Shown here in pieces: positions 1 to 6,977 of a DNA stretch of 11,448 nucleotides. This stretch comes from an uncultured archaeon (lineage in GTDB: Archaea > Hadarchaeota > Hadarchaeia > Hadarchaeales > Hadarchaeaceae), in assembly GCA_937921735.1 (NCBI GenBank), contig CAKZTQ010000005.1:1-11448 (forward strand), given 5' to 3'. The notes beneath the pieces were generated by a model. It was not told where the DNA came from and did not search any database. It saw only the letters and a program-made list of their open reading frames with translations. A program made the position numbers and the translations under genes. Within the stretch, counting starts at the first letter, position 1, and each line of letters starts with the position of its first letter.

Positions 1-1056
1 GGCCAGCTCCTTGGGGTGGGAAAGAAGCCACTCCACCTTGGCGGCTAGGTCCTCTGGCTCCCCGGGACGGAAGAGAAGCCCGGTGCGGCCGTGGTCAACG
101 ATGCTACCCTGAGAGCCAAGGGCAGTCGCCAAGATGGGTAGTCCCTTGGCCAAAGCTTCGGCCATCACCATAGGAAATCCCTCGTACCATTCAGAAGCAA
201 AGACCAAAAACGCCGCCTCTCCCATTAGGGTGTAGACCTCTTCTCGCTGTCTACGCCCCAGCCATTCCACCCCCGGCATCCTCTGGGCTGCCCGCCGCAC
301 CTCCTCGGCCAGAGGCCCATCGCCTACGATCTTGAGAGGTACCTTCCCGCCCAGCCGCTCCCAGGCCCTGAGGAGCGTCCCCACTCCCTTCTCCGGTGAA
401 AGCCGCCCCACGAAGAGCACGTAGCCGGCCTTCCCTTCGCCCGTCCCAGGGTCCGGATGAACGAAGTTGGGCTTCACCACCAGCTTCGCCGGCGGAAAGC
501 CTGCCTGGAGGAACTTCTGCCGCACGAACTCCGTGAGGGTGATGAAGCGGTCCACCAGGCTCCAGGTGCCGAGGAAGCGGTGCAGGGTCAGCATCCCCGC
601 CACCACGCCGCTCGCGGCGCGGCTTCCCCGGTAGCAGCCGTGGACCACCCCCCGCCACGCCAGGCGGCCCAGGCAGTCCTCGCATACCCGGCCTTGGCGG
701 AAGAAAAGGGCGTTGACGCATAGGAGCCGGTAGTTGTGAAGGGTCATGACCCCCGGCAGCCCCTCGACCTTGGCCGCCCGGATCACCGCCGGAGAGGCGA
801 GGGGAAATGTGTTGTGGATGTGCATCACGTGGCGGCGCTTTTCTCGAATGAGCGTCCGGAGGCTCCGGTATAACTCCCCGTTCCACACCGTCACTGCCGC
901 CTGCCGCCAGGGAAGCATGGCTTCAAGGTCCCGGTTGTCGAGCGTGAGGGCAATGACGTCATGGCCCCGCCTCCGAAGCAGAGCTTCCTCCGCCCGAAAG
1001 GCGGCATCCTCACCGCCAGCCTGCAGGTAGTGGGTGTGAAGGAACAATACTTTCAT
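1..1056 (-). CDS. Glycosyltransferase family 4 (GT-B fold), 3'-partial (runs off the window)
   Basis: Missing from the ORF track because there is no stop in the window. Manual translation from ATG 1056 gives MKVLFLHTHYLQAGGEDAAF...HIHNTFPLASPAV...TLHNYRLLC...LFVGRLSPEKGV...SEWYEGFPMVMAEALAKGLPI...HPKELA, open to base 1. It has the GT4 GRLxxxKG and EGFPMVxxEA (EX7E) motifs. Its ATG overlaps the TGA of the upstream gene (ATGA). Confidence 0.93.
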   Translation of the reverse strand, partial: MKVLFLHTHYLQAGGEDAAFRAEEALLRRRGHDVIALTLDNRDLEAMLPWRQAAVTVWNGELYRSLRTLIREKRRHVMHIHNTFPLASPAVIRAAKVEGLPGVMTLHNYRLLCVNALFFRQGRVCEDCLGRLAWRGVVHGCYRGSRAASGVVAGMLTLHRFLGTWSLVDRFITLTEFVRQKFLQAGFPPAKLVVKPNFVHPDPGTGEGKAGYVLFVGRLSPEKGVGTLLRAWERLGGKVPLKIVGDGPLAEEVRRAAQRMPGVEWLGRRQREEVYTLMGEAAFLVFASEWYEGFPMVMAEALAKGLPILATALGSQGSIVDHGRTGLLFRPGEPEDLAAKVEWLLSHPKELA

Positions 1057-2171
1057 CGTAAGATACCTAAGATATCCTCCGCCATCTTTCGAGCCACTTC
1101 ATCCCATCTCCACAATCTCGATGTATCAGGTGGAGCAATCTTCCCACTGATAGCGCGCTCCAGGGCATCATCAAAGCTTGTCGGATCTAACGGATCAAAT
1201 CTGTTCTCAGGTGGCACTATCTCTGGAGTGCATCCTGCGTAAATAGAAGAGATAACCGGCAAACCGGACCAGAGCGCTTCGTTAACAACTAGACCCCACA
1301 CGTCACCCAGGGTGGGGAAGACCAGAACGTCCGCGCTTCTATAAACTGAAGGCATCTCCCCTGGACTCCTCGGACCCAGGAAGTGAACATGACGCAGTGC
1401 TAGAGCTTCTGCCTTTGCCTCCAGCCGCCTTTGCTCTGGTCCACTCCCCACAAGAGCCAGGGTGAATTCGTAGCCTTTACCTTGTACCCGAGCCCCGGCC
1501 TCCAAAAGCAGATCCACACCCTTCCGTCCTATTAGTTGGCCCACGTAGAGAAGCACGGGCCTGGGTGCAAGGGAGAAGGTTGGAGGAACGGGTTTTGTAA
1601 AAAGGCTTTCGTCAACACAGTTCTGTATCTGCAGTATTCTCTCTCTGGAAATTCCTAGACTTAAAAGATATTCGGTTGATGACAGTCCATAACTAATCCA
1701 TCGCGGAACCCAGCGAGAGAACAACCTTCTCCACAATCGTTTGACGAGATTATTGGACCGTTCTGTATAAATAGTCCCACCCCACCACACCAAAACAGGT
1801 ACACGAAAAAGAAAACCATAAATAACGGCCACAAGACTTCGGAAGCCCATTTCGCTGCTAATAATTACATCAGGCGCGTACCGTACTAACTCCGGGAAAT
1901 ATCCTGGATTTATATGAATATGCCACCAATCGAACAATCTGCCACTATCACGCTGAGGGATAGCTATGGACATACCCCAAACTTGTTTTACACTCAAACC
2001 GCCCAAAGCCTTTTCTGCTCCACTCCAAATACTCCTATTTTGTTCAAAACCAGAGATGAAGATAGCCACATCAAACCACCTTGCCAGGGCTCGGTATATT
2101 GGGACCCTGTACGGGGCGATAATGTTCACTAGGATAGCAATTCGCGGCTTACGTTCCACTCGTAGTCTCAT
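1053..2171 (-). CDS. Glycosyltransferase family 4 (GT-B fold)
   Basis: RIAILVNIIAPYRVPIY N-terminus, LYVGQLIGRKGV and DVWGLVVNEA motifs. The ORF-track start (2309) lies in IS256-derived sequence. The plausible real start is ATG 2171 (or GTG 2159). Confidence 0.9.
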   Translation of the reverse strand: MRLRVERKPRIAILVNIIAPYRVPIYRALARWFDVAIFISGFEQNRSIWSGAEKALGGLSVKQVWGMSIAIPQRDSGRLFDWWHIHINPGYFPELVRYAPDVIISSEMGFRSLVAVIYGFLFRVPVLVWWGGTIYTERSNNLVKRLWRRLFSRWVPRWISYGLSSTEYLLSLGISRERILQIQNCVDESLFTKPVPPTFSLAPRPVLLYVGQLIGRKGVDLLLEAGARVQGKGYEFTLALVGSGPEQRRLEAKAEALALRHVHFLGPRSPGEMPSVYRSADVLVFPTLGDVWGLVVNEALWSGLPVISSIYAGCTPEIVPPENRFDPLDPTSFDDALERAISGKIAPPDTSRLWRWDEVARKMAEDILGILR

Positions 2172-2233
2172 ATCCCATAATAAGGATACCCTAGCAAATT
2201 TAAACACACACAAAATATCCCAAAGAATCGTCG

Positions 2234-2691
2234 TCATTCGGTAGGTCTCAACTGCGCAGGCCGTGTCGCGATCACCAGGCCTGTCGCATGCGCCGTAGAG
2301 CTTCGCCATCGACGCCTGGCTGAAGTACCGCCGTTGGGTCTGCCACTCGTCGTGATGCTCCTCCAGCTAGGCACCCAGCAGGCGCAGTACCGCCGCGCCA
2401 GCTGCCGATTCAGCCACTCCAGGACGTTCGTCGAATGGATCCCCCGCCAGTGCTCCGATGGGAACCCCACGTACGCCAACTCGTAAAGCAGGGCGGCCAC
2501 CTGTGGAAACCGGCGCTGTAGGCTCACCGCCACCTGCTGCAGCTGCTGGCTGGCGCTGGCCCGGTCCGGGTGGGCGAAGGCAGTCCGCACCATGCCGGCT
2601 ACCATGCGCTGCGCGTGCTTGGTCAGCCGGGCAAGCTGGTGCAGGAAATGCACCTGCCAGCGCTGCCACGTGGCGCCCGCCAGCACCTCCC
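2234..2691 (-). pseudogene. IS256 transposase, C-terminal fragment
   Basis: GEVLAGATWQRWQVHF...FPSEHWRGIHSTNVLEWLNRQLARR / AAVLRLLGA*LEEHHDEWQTQRRYFS. Contains a frameshifting deletion at about 2391-2396 and an in-frame TAG at 2367-2369. Confidence 0.88.
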
Positions 2692-2696
2692 CTGAT

Positions 2697-2707
2697 ATGG
2701 AAGGGCC
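2697..2707. repeat. IS110/IS1111 right subterminal inverted repeat (ATGGAAGGGCC)
   Basis: Exact reverse complement of 4214-4224; lies 3 nt inside the core dinucleotide. Confidence 0.9.
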
Positions 2708-2708
2708 C

Positions 2709-2714
2709 CGTCAA
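2709..2714 (-). promoter_or_regulatory. Outward-facing -35 hexamer (TTGACG) of the IS circle-junction promoter
   Basis: After circularisation the junction reads TTGACG-18 nt-CACAAT, with the -10 supplied by the left end (4223-4228). Junction promoters of this kind are established for IS110/IS1111 elements. Confidence 0.7.
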
Positions 2715-2782
2715 GACCCCTCCGCGGTTTTCTTTGCTCGATGCTCTTATGTCTCGTCGTTCACCCACGTCACCTCCAAACA

Positions 2783-2980
2783 GGGTGCAGGAGGCAGCGG
2801 GCGAGTGAGGCGCGTGTCGACGGTGGATCAGCCTGATATTCGCGGGCTGGCTACCGCATGACCTTGATCCGTCGGGAGCTGCCTCGGTCTAGTGTCGCGG
2901 GCTTGGCTGACGCCGTACCGCATAGGAGGGCCGAGGACGCTCGGTACCGTGGCCGCACTCGCCCGATGCCCGCTGCACCC
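2783..2980 (-). ncRNA. Putative bridge RNA / seekRNA of the IS110 element
   Basis: Outer stems 2973-2980/2783-2790 (8 bp perfect) and 2956-2965/2798-2807 (10 bp perfect) enclose two similar stem-internal-loop-stem modules (2882-2936 and 2818-2874). Both modules contain ATGCGGTA...AGCCCGCGA. One loop carries ATATCAG, identical to the element right end plus core. Transcript ends are unknown. Confidence 0.72.
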
Positions 2981-3023
2981 CGCCCTATGCATCTTTACAA
3001 GAAGCCGCGACGACTGTTACCTG

Positions 3024-4142
3024 CTACGCCGCCTGCTTGACCTTGGCGCTTTCCACTTCGTGCGCAAGCTCCCAGATGAAGCCCAGCAGTTCACGGGCGA
3101 CGGCAGTGATCGCCTTCTGTTTCGTCTTGCCGCGACCCACGAGCCGGCGGTACTTGTGATTTAACCGCAGCTGCGCCCGCCAACTGATGCCCTTGATCGC
3201 TGCGCCCAGCCCCTCCTGCCGCCGGCGTAGCGCAATGCCCACCCGCGGCGGGTGGCGGTAATGCCAAGCCGCTTCGACGACCACGCGCCGTAGGTGGTGA
3301 TGGCCCGTCTTGGTGACTCCCCCACGCCGCCGACGGGAGCCGCTGGAATGCTCGCTCGGCACCAGGCCGGCATAGGCCATCAACTGCGTCGGCTTGCGAA
3401 AGCGGGCGACGGCACCGACCTCCGCGACGATCGTCGCCGCCGTGGTCAGGGCGACACCCCGTAGCGCCTTCAAGGCCTGGATCAAGGGCGCGTGTGCAGA
3501 AGCCTCAGCCCGTTGGGCGATCTCCCGGTCCAGGCGTGCGATGCGCTCCGTCGCCTCGTCCAGTGCCTGCAGGTATTCCTGCAGCACGATCTGCTGGGCC
3601 GGCTGATCCAGTTTCACCTGATCCAGCCACTGCCGGTGCCGCTGCGTCCAGGGCCGTACGCCCTGCGGCGGCCGCTGCCCCAGCCGCAGCAAAAACTTGC
3701 TCAGTTGATGGCGCTTGCGCTGCTGATCCTCTTTGGCGTCCTCCCGGGCCCGCACCAGGTCGCGCAGGGCTTCGTGCTCCGCATCCGGCACCCAGGCCGG
3801 CGTCAGCTCCCCGCTCCGGAGGAGCCGCGCCAACTGCCGCGCGTCCCGCCGATCGGTCTTGACACGGTCGCCCGGGCGCTTCGGCACCCGCGACGGCGCC
3901 ACGACGACACATGGCACGCCCATCGCGGTCAGCTGCCGGTACAACCCGTACCCGCACGACCCCGCCTCGCAGGCAACCACCAGGTTGTCCTTCGGGCCTA
4001 GCCTGCGGATCAGTTTCGCCACCGCCTCTGCCGTATGCGGGATCACACCCAGGTCGCGTACCTCGCCGCGGCCTTCGTCGGCCACCGACACCGCGATCGC
4101 ATCCTGATGCACATCTAGGCCTACAAACTTGGTATCCTGCAC
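3024..4142 (-). CDS. IS110-family transposase/recombinase (DEDD RuvC-like domain + Transposase_20-type domain)
   Basis: FVGLDVH, ACEAG, VKTDRRDA (D-E-D-D) and GLVPSEHSSG...TKTG motifs in an uninterrupted frame. GTG 4142 has an upstream GAGGGG SD; the ORF-track start GTG 4178 is an alternative. Confidence 0.95.
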   Translation of the reverse strand: MQDTKFVGLDVHQDAIAVSVADEGRGEVRDLGVIPHTAEAVAKLIRRLGPKDNLVVACEAGSCGYGLYRQLTAMGVPCVVVAPSRVPKRPGDRVKTDRRDARQLARLLRSGELTPAWVPDAEHEALRDLVRAREDAKEDQQRKRHQLSKFLLRLGQRPPQGVRPWTQRHRQWLDQVKLDQPAQQIVLQEYLQALDEATERIARLDREIAQRAEASAHAPLIQALKALRGVALTTAATIVAEVGAVARFRKPTQLMAYAGLVPSEHSSGSRRRRGGVTKTGHHHLRRVVVEAAWHYRHPPRVGIALRRRQEGLGAAIKGISWRAQLRLNHKYRRLVGRGKTKQKAITAVARELLGFIWELAHEVESAKVKQAA

Positions 4143-4213
4143 TTGGGCCAGCCCCCTCGCGTGGGTACTCTGTGCCACCTCGTCGAGAGTAGCCTACGGC
4201 TCCGCGAAGGGCT

Positions 4214-4224
4214 GGCCCTTCCAT
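4214..4224. repeat. IS110/IS1111 left subterminal inverted repeat (GGCCCTTCCAT)
   Basis: Exact reverse complement of 2697-2707; lies 5 nt inside the core (7 nt including it). Confidence 0.9.
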
Positions 4225-4231
4225 TGTGTCT

Positions 4232-4946
4232 ATGGCTCGCTTCAGCCCTTCGTGGGCGGCCGTAATCACCAGCCGCACGCCCCTCAGCCCCCGCGCCACC
4301 AAGCCGCGCAGAAACGCCAGCTAGAACTCATACGTCTCGGCCGCCCCGACGTCGAAGACCAGCACCTCCCGCTCTCCCGTCTCCCGCACGCCCACCGCCA
4401 CCACCGCCGCCACATTTACCACGCGCCCGTCCTGCCGTACCTTGACCTCCTCGGCGTCCAGCCTGACATACGGTGTTCCCCCTGTAGCGGCCGGTTCTGG
4501 AACCGCTGCATATGCTCGTCCAGCTCGGCACAGATGCGGAAGATCTCGCTCTTGCTTAAGCCCGCGATGCCGAGCGCCTGCACCAGCTCGTCCACCTTGC
4601 GCGCTCACCCCATGCACGTACGCTCCTGCACCACGGCCACAAGGCCGGCTCCGCGCGCCGTCGCGGCTCCGGCATGGCTGCGGGAAATAGCTGCCCCAGC
4701 GTAGCTTCGGATCTCCAGCTCGATGGTGCCCACGCGCCTGTCCCTGCGCCGGGCGCGGTACCCGTTCCCGTACTTGCTGCGCGACGGGGTGCGCTCGTAG
4801 CGCCGGGCGCCGATGACTCCGCTAACCTCGACATCCATCACCTGCTGGGCGAGCAACAGCAGTTCTTCCCGCAGCGCGCCGACCTCAGGCTCACCCTCGT
4901 ATTGGCGCGGCCGCTGGAGTATTGGTATCCTGGAGTCGGCGGTCAC
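4232..4946 (-). pseudogene. IS256 transposase, N-terminal fragment (multiple frameshifts and a stop)
   Basis: Segments in different frames: VMDVEVSGVIGARRYERT..NGYRAR..RVGTIELEI / SARKVDELVQALGIAGLSKSEISRICAELD / YVRLDA..VKVRQDGRVV..AVGVRETGEREVL..ETYEF*LAFLRGLVARGLRGVRLVI..HEGLKRAI. GTG start at 4946 follows AAGGGAGG. Confidence 0.9.
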
Positions 4947-5010
4947 CGGTGGTCCGACCTCCCTTTGTCTGCGGTTCGTCCAGTCCCAAGGGAAACCACC
5001 GGTCACCGCC
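4938..5010 (-). promoter_or_regulatory. Inverted repeat able to sequester the IS256 transposase start codon
   Basis: 4938-4953 (GGCGGTCACCGGTGGT) and 4995-5010 (ACCACCGGTCACCGCC) are complementary at 15/16 positions. One arm covers the GTG start. TTGACA (minus strand) lies at 5013-5018. Confidence 0.6.
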
Positions 5011-5021
5011 GCTGTCAACGA

Positions 5022-6239
5022 TCACCAGCCACGGACTACCGGTACCCGCGGATTTACACCACCCACGACTCTAACGCTCCGGGCGCCATCGCGTTCTTCG
5101 AGCGAAGCATCACGCTTCCCCGCCATCCGGATTGCGCTTGGCACAGACATCGCTATGGCAGCAAAGATCCAATTGTAACCCACATAAACCAGAACATTAT
5201 CCGTAAATAAAACACACGCCAAGTAAAACGCCACCATCGTGCCATAAACAGAGCGCGCTAGCGAGTTTGCCCAAACCCAAATAAACACGGCCGTCCCAAT
5301 AAGTCCAAAATCATATACCATCCTTAGATAACTCGCGTGAGCGTGCACGATGCCAAACATTTCATGCAACAGTTTGCTTGATGAGCCGGCACCTCGCCCC
5401 CAAAAAGCTTCCTGAGCATGAAAACCGAAAATTTCCTCTTTCAACACCTGTATCCATCTATACCGGCCCATGCTCAAACCTTCAATCGATACGCCTGAGA
5501 ACAGTGAAGCGATTACATTAAAAACCCAATCCTGCACAACGGACATAACCAAAAAAACTGCGAAAATAACAAGGATAATTAGCCTCCTCGTACGAAATCT
5601 TGAGGCGGCCCTAGCCTTTCCAAGAATTAAACCCAACATAATAGTACAGATAGACGCTAAAATTGAAATTCGTTTAAAAAATACCACGCATAGGAAAATC
5701 GAGAAAACCGACTGCGCGATCCTACCGGACACAGCATACGCCGCTGCAAACGCACCTATCACCAATCCAATATTTGACTCGGTCGTCGCATACGAACGCA
5801 AATAATCAAAACTAATGCCTTCAAACCCTCGTCGTAAAATGTCAAAAACGCCAACGCAACTCGCCGACACCATGAGAATATCCACGTGTGCCATACTAAA
5901 CCGCAGATGAAATAAGTATGGTAACAAGCCAAGATTAATCAAAAGCAAATCGTTCAAAAAATACGGTGATGGTGACATTCCTAGAAGCACAGTCACTCCT
6001 TGCGCGAGAGCTATAAAGACAACCAGAAGTATCCTAGAACTACTTGCTCGCGATCTAGCTAGCGCGAATAAGACCGCTAATAACGGTAAATAAACAAGCC
6101 ACCTCGCACTTGCAGCCGGAAGAAGCAACCACATTGCAAGGTGCATGGATACGGCCATGCAATATAGCGCTTCTGCACTTACACGAAACTTGCTTCTCAT
6201 CATAACAGCCGACCGCCCCAGTAAGTATGGCATCCCCAT
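5022..6239 (-). CDS. Putative polysaccharide polymerase (Wzy) / O-antigen ligase-like membrane protein
   Basis: About 400 aa with many hydrophobic segments. SMGR...WGRGAG...HAHASYLRMVYDFGLIG resembles the O-antigen ligase/polymerase loop motif. Flanked by glycosyltransferases. Start uncertain; the last ~18 codons lie in the IS256 end. Confidence 0.75.
   Translation of the reverse strand: MGMPYLLGRSAVMMRSKFRVSAEALYCMAVSMHLAMWLLLPAASARWLVYLPLLAVLFALARSRASSSRILLVVFIALAQGVTVLLGMSPSPYFLNDLLLINLGLLPYLFHLRFSMAHVDILMVSASCVGVFDILRRGFEGISFDYLRSYATTESNIGLVIGAFAAAYAVSGRIAQSVFSIFLCVVFFKRISILASICTIMLGLILGKARAASRFRTRRLIILVIFAVFLVMSVVQDWVFNVIASLFSGVSIEGLSMGRYRWIQVLKEEIFGFHAQEAFWGRGAGSSSKLLHEMFGIVHAHASYLRMVYDFGLIGTAVFIWVWANSLARSVYGTMVAFYLACVLFTDNVLVYVGYNWIFAAIAMSVPSAIRMAGKRDASLEERDGARSVRVVGGVNPRVPVVRGW
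5051..5075. repeat. IS256-like left terminal inverted repeat (unpaired)
   Basis: GATTTACACCACCCACGACTCTAAC has the TTTACAC core also present in the IS256 end at 8970-8996, and sits where composition shifts from the AT-rich gene to GC-rich IS sequence. Confidence 0.55.
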
Positions 6240-6266
6240 TAAATGTGGCCGACGATCCCCTGGCGC

Positions 6267-6959
6267 CTAAAGTTTAAACAAAAGTGTTAAGTGATCCAAA
6301 TCCACCCACACTGGCCCGGCAAAAACGTCCCAGTCGGACGCCACAGTTCGTAATTCTCTAATTCCCTCTTCGTACTCCTGTCTCTGCGCATCATCAAATA
6401 ACACTATACATCCAGGTTTCATCCTTCCTTCAGCCTTCAGCGCAGCTAAGAATAACGCACAGTCTATCCTGTATATACCATCAATAACTATTAAGTCTGC
6501 TCGTGCAAACGGAACACTCGTAGGTCGCACATAGAGTTCTTTCCTATCGGCGTAAATAACGTTCAGATTAGGCACGTTACGCGTAATTGCAAAATATTTG
6601 ATCGTTTCATACCACCTTTTGTCGTGCTCTATCGCCCAAACCTCGCATCCGAATCGTAAAAACCACGCGGTGGAATTCCCTGATCCCCACTCAACTACTG
6701 TACTAATCTTCCCCGCTGACAGTACATTCGTTAGCCAACGAATTGCACCAATCGCATAATGCGGTCTCGGATCAGTCGGATTAAACTTACTCTTGTTTTT
6801 CACATAGTAATCCAAGTAATCAAGGCCAGGATCCGTAACCATCAGCACTAAAAACCGCAACCAATCCGGTGACAGTGCTCGCCTAAGCCTTGTGAGGCGC
6901 TGCAATTTGCGAGCCATTCGAGACATCGAGTCATCACCGCTATCCTCAGAGCAAAACAT
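6267..6959 (-). CDS. Putative class I SAM-dependent methyltransferase-like protein
   Basis: VVEWGSGNST (motif I-like), AIEHD (motif II-like), DLIVIDG and VLFDD strands. Alternative start at ATG 6926. Confidence 0.7.
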   Translation of the reverse strand: MFCSEDSGDDSMSRMARKLQRLTRLRRALSPDWLRFLVLMVTDPGLDYLDYYVKNKSKFNPTDPRPHYAIGAIRWLTNVLSAGKISTVVEWGSGNSTAWFLRFGCEVWAIEHDKRWYETIKYFAITRNVPNLNVIYADRKELYVRPTSVPFARADLIVIDGIYRIDCALFLAALKAEGRMKPGCIVLFDDAQRQEYEEGIRELRTVASDWDVFAGPVWVDLDHLTLLFKL

Positions 6960-6977
6960 CTCCGATAAACAGATCTT

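Larger units (their letters stand above)
2692..4231 (-). mobile_element. IS110-family insertion sequence, IS1111-type architecture, apparently intact
   Basis: DEDD transposase; perfect 11-bp subterminal inverted repeats (2697-2707 and 4214-4224); AG core dinucleotide at both junctions (+ strand CT at 2692-2693 and 4230-4231). Removing the element restores the IS256 frame (GCC ATA GGG GAG GTG = A-I-G-E-V). Long non-coding region downstream of the transposase. Confidence 0.93.
2226..5075 (-). mobile_element. Degenerate IS256-family element, interrupted by an IS110-family insertion; right IR apparently lost
   Basis: IS256 (Mutator-type DDE) transposase motifs on both sides of the IS110. IS256-like left end at about 5051-5075. 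The right end breaks off at about 2226, after ...GACGACGATT (minus strand), where AT-rich sequence begins. Boundaries are approximate. Confidence 0.82.

Noticed and set aside
251-1242. ORF-track ORFs 251-886(-), 457-723(+), 746-1030(+), 961-1242(+)
   Set aside because: Alternate-frame or antisense shadows of the real GT4 genes; low-complexity translations with no motifs.
2747-2777. GGAGGTG followed by a GTG mini-ORF (VNDET*) in the IS110 right end; the same 7-mer occurs in the target flank (2684-2690)
   Set aside because: A 7-mer match and a 5-codon ORF are expected by chance, and both lie outside the structured loops.
4205-4252. 10-bp inverted repeat spanning the IS110 left junction (CGAAGGGCTG / CAGCCCTTCG)
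   Set aside because: One arm is ordinary IS256 coding sequence (HEGL). A single instance in GC-rich DNA is not enough to infer a role in targeting.
2367-4704. Many overlapping ORFs across the IS region (e.g. 3505-4302(-), 3492-4001(+), 4129-4704(+), 2367-2768(-))
   Set aside because: GC-rich shadow frames. Only the first ~24 codons of 3505-4302 are meaningful (IS256 sequence up to the IS110 junction).
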